A DNA stretch of 64,000 nucleotides, taken from positions 6,304,497 to 6,368,496 of the forward strand of contig NC_081387.1 in assembly GCF_030684315.1 (NCBI RefSeq), written 5' to 3'. Position 1 is the stretch's first letter. Every line of letters begins with the position of its first letter. Below, piece by piece: positions 61,981 through 64,000 of the stretch. Both the position numbers and the translations under genes were made by a program. The stretch is from Stegostoma tigrinum (taxonomy: Eukaryota). The notes under the pieces were generated by a model. It had not been told where the DNA came from and did no database searches. It saw only the letters and a list, made by a program, of their open reading frames with translations.

Positions 61981-62934
61981 TCATGAAGTAAATGCAACAG
62001 GAACATCAGAGGCTGAGAAAATAAAAACAACAGAGTGTAAATAAAATGTAAAATTAGACAGTGTGAAATATTCTCGACCATTCACTGGACCCCGAAGTCA
62101 GTCACCCTCAGTGTAAAAAAAGCAGGCACTGACATCTCAGCGCAGAGGGAGTCAAGGATGAAGTAGTGGCAGAGTTTGGGGGGGATGGGGTAGATAGGGG
62201 ATGAGGGAAAGGCGGGTGATGACTGGAAGGAGAGCTGCTGGGGATATAGAATGGCATTAGAGGAGGAGGAGGAGAAGAGAGTGGTGACTGAGGAACTACA
62301 TCATGAGGATACTGACGTGTGCCACACTGAGTCACAGCCTGGAGAATGTAACTCTACAACTTCCAATCCCTTGTCTGCAACAATCTTTCCCCTCAGCCAC
62401 TTACTGCGAGCTGTTGTGTAGGTCCCACTTTGAGAATCTGCAGAAATGAAATATTTGTCCATTAGGGTGAGGAATAATCCGTTCTCACAGAGTGAGAACG
62501 CAATGTGAGGGAATGGAGATTGTGTAAGAAACCCTGAATCCCACAATCCCCTCCATCCTTACACTTTATGGAGAATCCGGAAATCTCTCCCATTCCACCA
62601 ATATTCAGCCAGCGAGGATGTGAGTGTGTGTGGTGGTGTTTAATGTTCGATGTTGAACATGGGCTGAGCCATTCAGGCAGAAAACAAGACATGTTTATAG
62701 ATGTGTACCTGTGTGTAAGAATTCAATCAGTTTCATTCAACAGTGCTCTGTACTCCCAGCACTGGAGATTCTCCCACAGTCACACTGTCCCCTAAGTTCT
62801 ACATTCCCCTCTCCCAGAATTTTACCTTTCCCTGGCTTTTTCCAAGTGATAAATCTGAGTATTACAGCCATTTCAGTGAGTAACCTAATCATCATTACAA
62901 GATCGGAGCGTTCCATACTGTTTTCCAGGATCTC
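61981..62934 (-). pseudogene. Copy C: 3' exons of a convergent MHC class I paralog (decayed TM exon 62826-62934, cytoplasmic exon 62405-62437, last exon 61981-62012); 5' part lies beyond the window
   Basis: Exons, introns and 3' region (to ~60930) are homologous to gene A 43140-45260. Tail DSQSGTYTTAR|TSDVPVAFTS* is intact. The TM exon is 109 nt (out of frame) and carries charged substitutions. Pseudogene or soluble form is unresolved. Confidence 0.8.
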
Positions 62935-63714
62935 CTATTACATTGAAATAATATCAGCATTGTTGCTTTCCTGAGTTTCATTCCCACTTCTGCATTGTTT
63001 AGGACAATTCCGACTCATCCCGCTGATAGGAATTGATGGAATTGGGTAAAACACTGACTTGACCTTCACTTGATTTCACTTTCCAGTGTACGTTCCCATT
63101 GATAAGATCAGGGAGATGGGGAAAAAGATCTTCAACGTTATGTGAATCACTGCCTCAAGTCTAATCAGGGACCTGGAATAACACACACCCAGTCCAACAG
63201 CTTCTACTTACAGACTGGAACAAAACAGCGGAACAACAATCTTTGGGTTTGTTGAGAACTTTAATCCATTCTTTGGTCTTTAGCCACAGAACCAGAAAGA
63301 TAGAACATGTGATAAGCGATCGCCTGGTCCCGGTGACATGGAAGCTACTACACAGGCAGGTTGAGTTTTCAGGCTCTGAGCCAGTAAGGCTGGGTGCGAG
63401 AAGAGGACTCCCCTTTCAGCTCAGGAGCATAAAGAGAGCACTAGGACTCTGGATGCCATCTCCCCCATCACAGTAAGCATATTGGCTCAGATCTTCCAAC
63501 TGGGAGAGGCAAAGGTACTTCAGGATTGTCTCTAGAGCAGGAATCCAGCGACCCAAGTATCATTCCAGAACATGGAGCGTTTTCCTCCAGTGAGTTGCTC
63601 CGTTGTCATGTCTGGGCATGGCAGGACAGCCAATCTGTTGGTTGTGGGATCACTTAGCTCTGTCTCTGCTCCCTCTGCCGTTTGCTACAGAGGCAGTCTT
63701 AATCTGTCACTTTA

Positions 63715-63968
63715 CCGAGCAACACCATCGCTTACAAGTTCCCCTCCCAAGCACTCACCATCCTGACTTGGAAATATATCGCTGTTCTTTTGGGGTAGTT
63801 TGGTTAAAATTCTGGAATACTGTCCCGGAAGACATTGTGGGTTGACAACCACAACATGAACTGCTGCAGTTCAGGAAGGCAGTTCACTACCACCTTCTCA
63901 AGGGCAGTTAGGAATCGGAAATAAATATCAACAGCCAGCAATGTCCATGTCCCGGCAGTGAATAAAAA
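63715..63968 (+). mobile_element. 3' end of the CR1/L2-superfamily LINE
   Basis: Matches 42700-42920 (caagttcccctcccaagcactcaccatcctgacttggaaatatatc...ggcagttcactaccaccttctcaagggca). Confidence 0.75.
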
Positions 63969-64000
63969 ACACCACTTTTTACTTCAAGATAACAAAGTGT

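Overview
Eukaryotic vertebrate DNA, almost certainly a shark or other elasmobranch (HE1-type V-SINEs, CR1 LINEs, Penelope-like elements). Bases 1-16.3 kb are a 61-bp satellite array of about 267 monomers with higher-order blocks. The rest is a repeat-rich cluster of nonclassical MHC class I genes. Gene A (+, 29453-44085) has leader, alpha1, alpha2, alpha3, TM and last exons and an apparently intact ORF of about 336 aa. Copy B (+, ~51.9-54.0 kb) is a deleted and frameshifted pseudogene. Copy C (-, ~61-63 kb) shows only its 3' exons in this window. Main observations: (1) single monomers of the satellite sit ~57 bp after the stop codon in both A and C, suggesting the array grew from MHC class I gene sequence; (2) the lineage has lost the alpha2 Cys101-Cys164 disulfide and most A-pocket residues but keeps T143/K146/W147; (3) the paralogs have remodelled their tails differently (dead Tyr-motif exon in A, frameshifted and decayed TM exon in C); (4) several TSD-flanked fold-back mini-elements are centred on Penelope hammerhead ribozyme cores. 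All calls come from reading the sequence by eye; no database searches were run.
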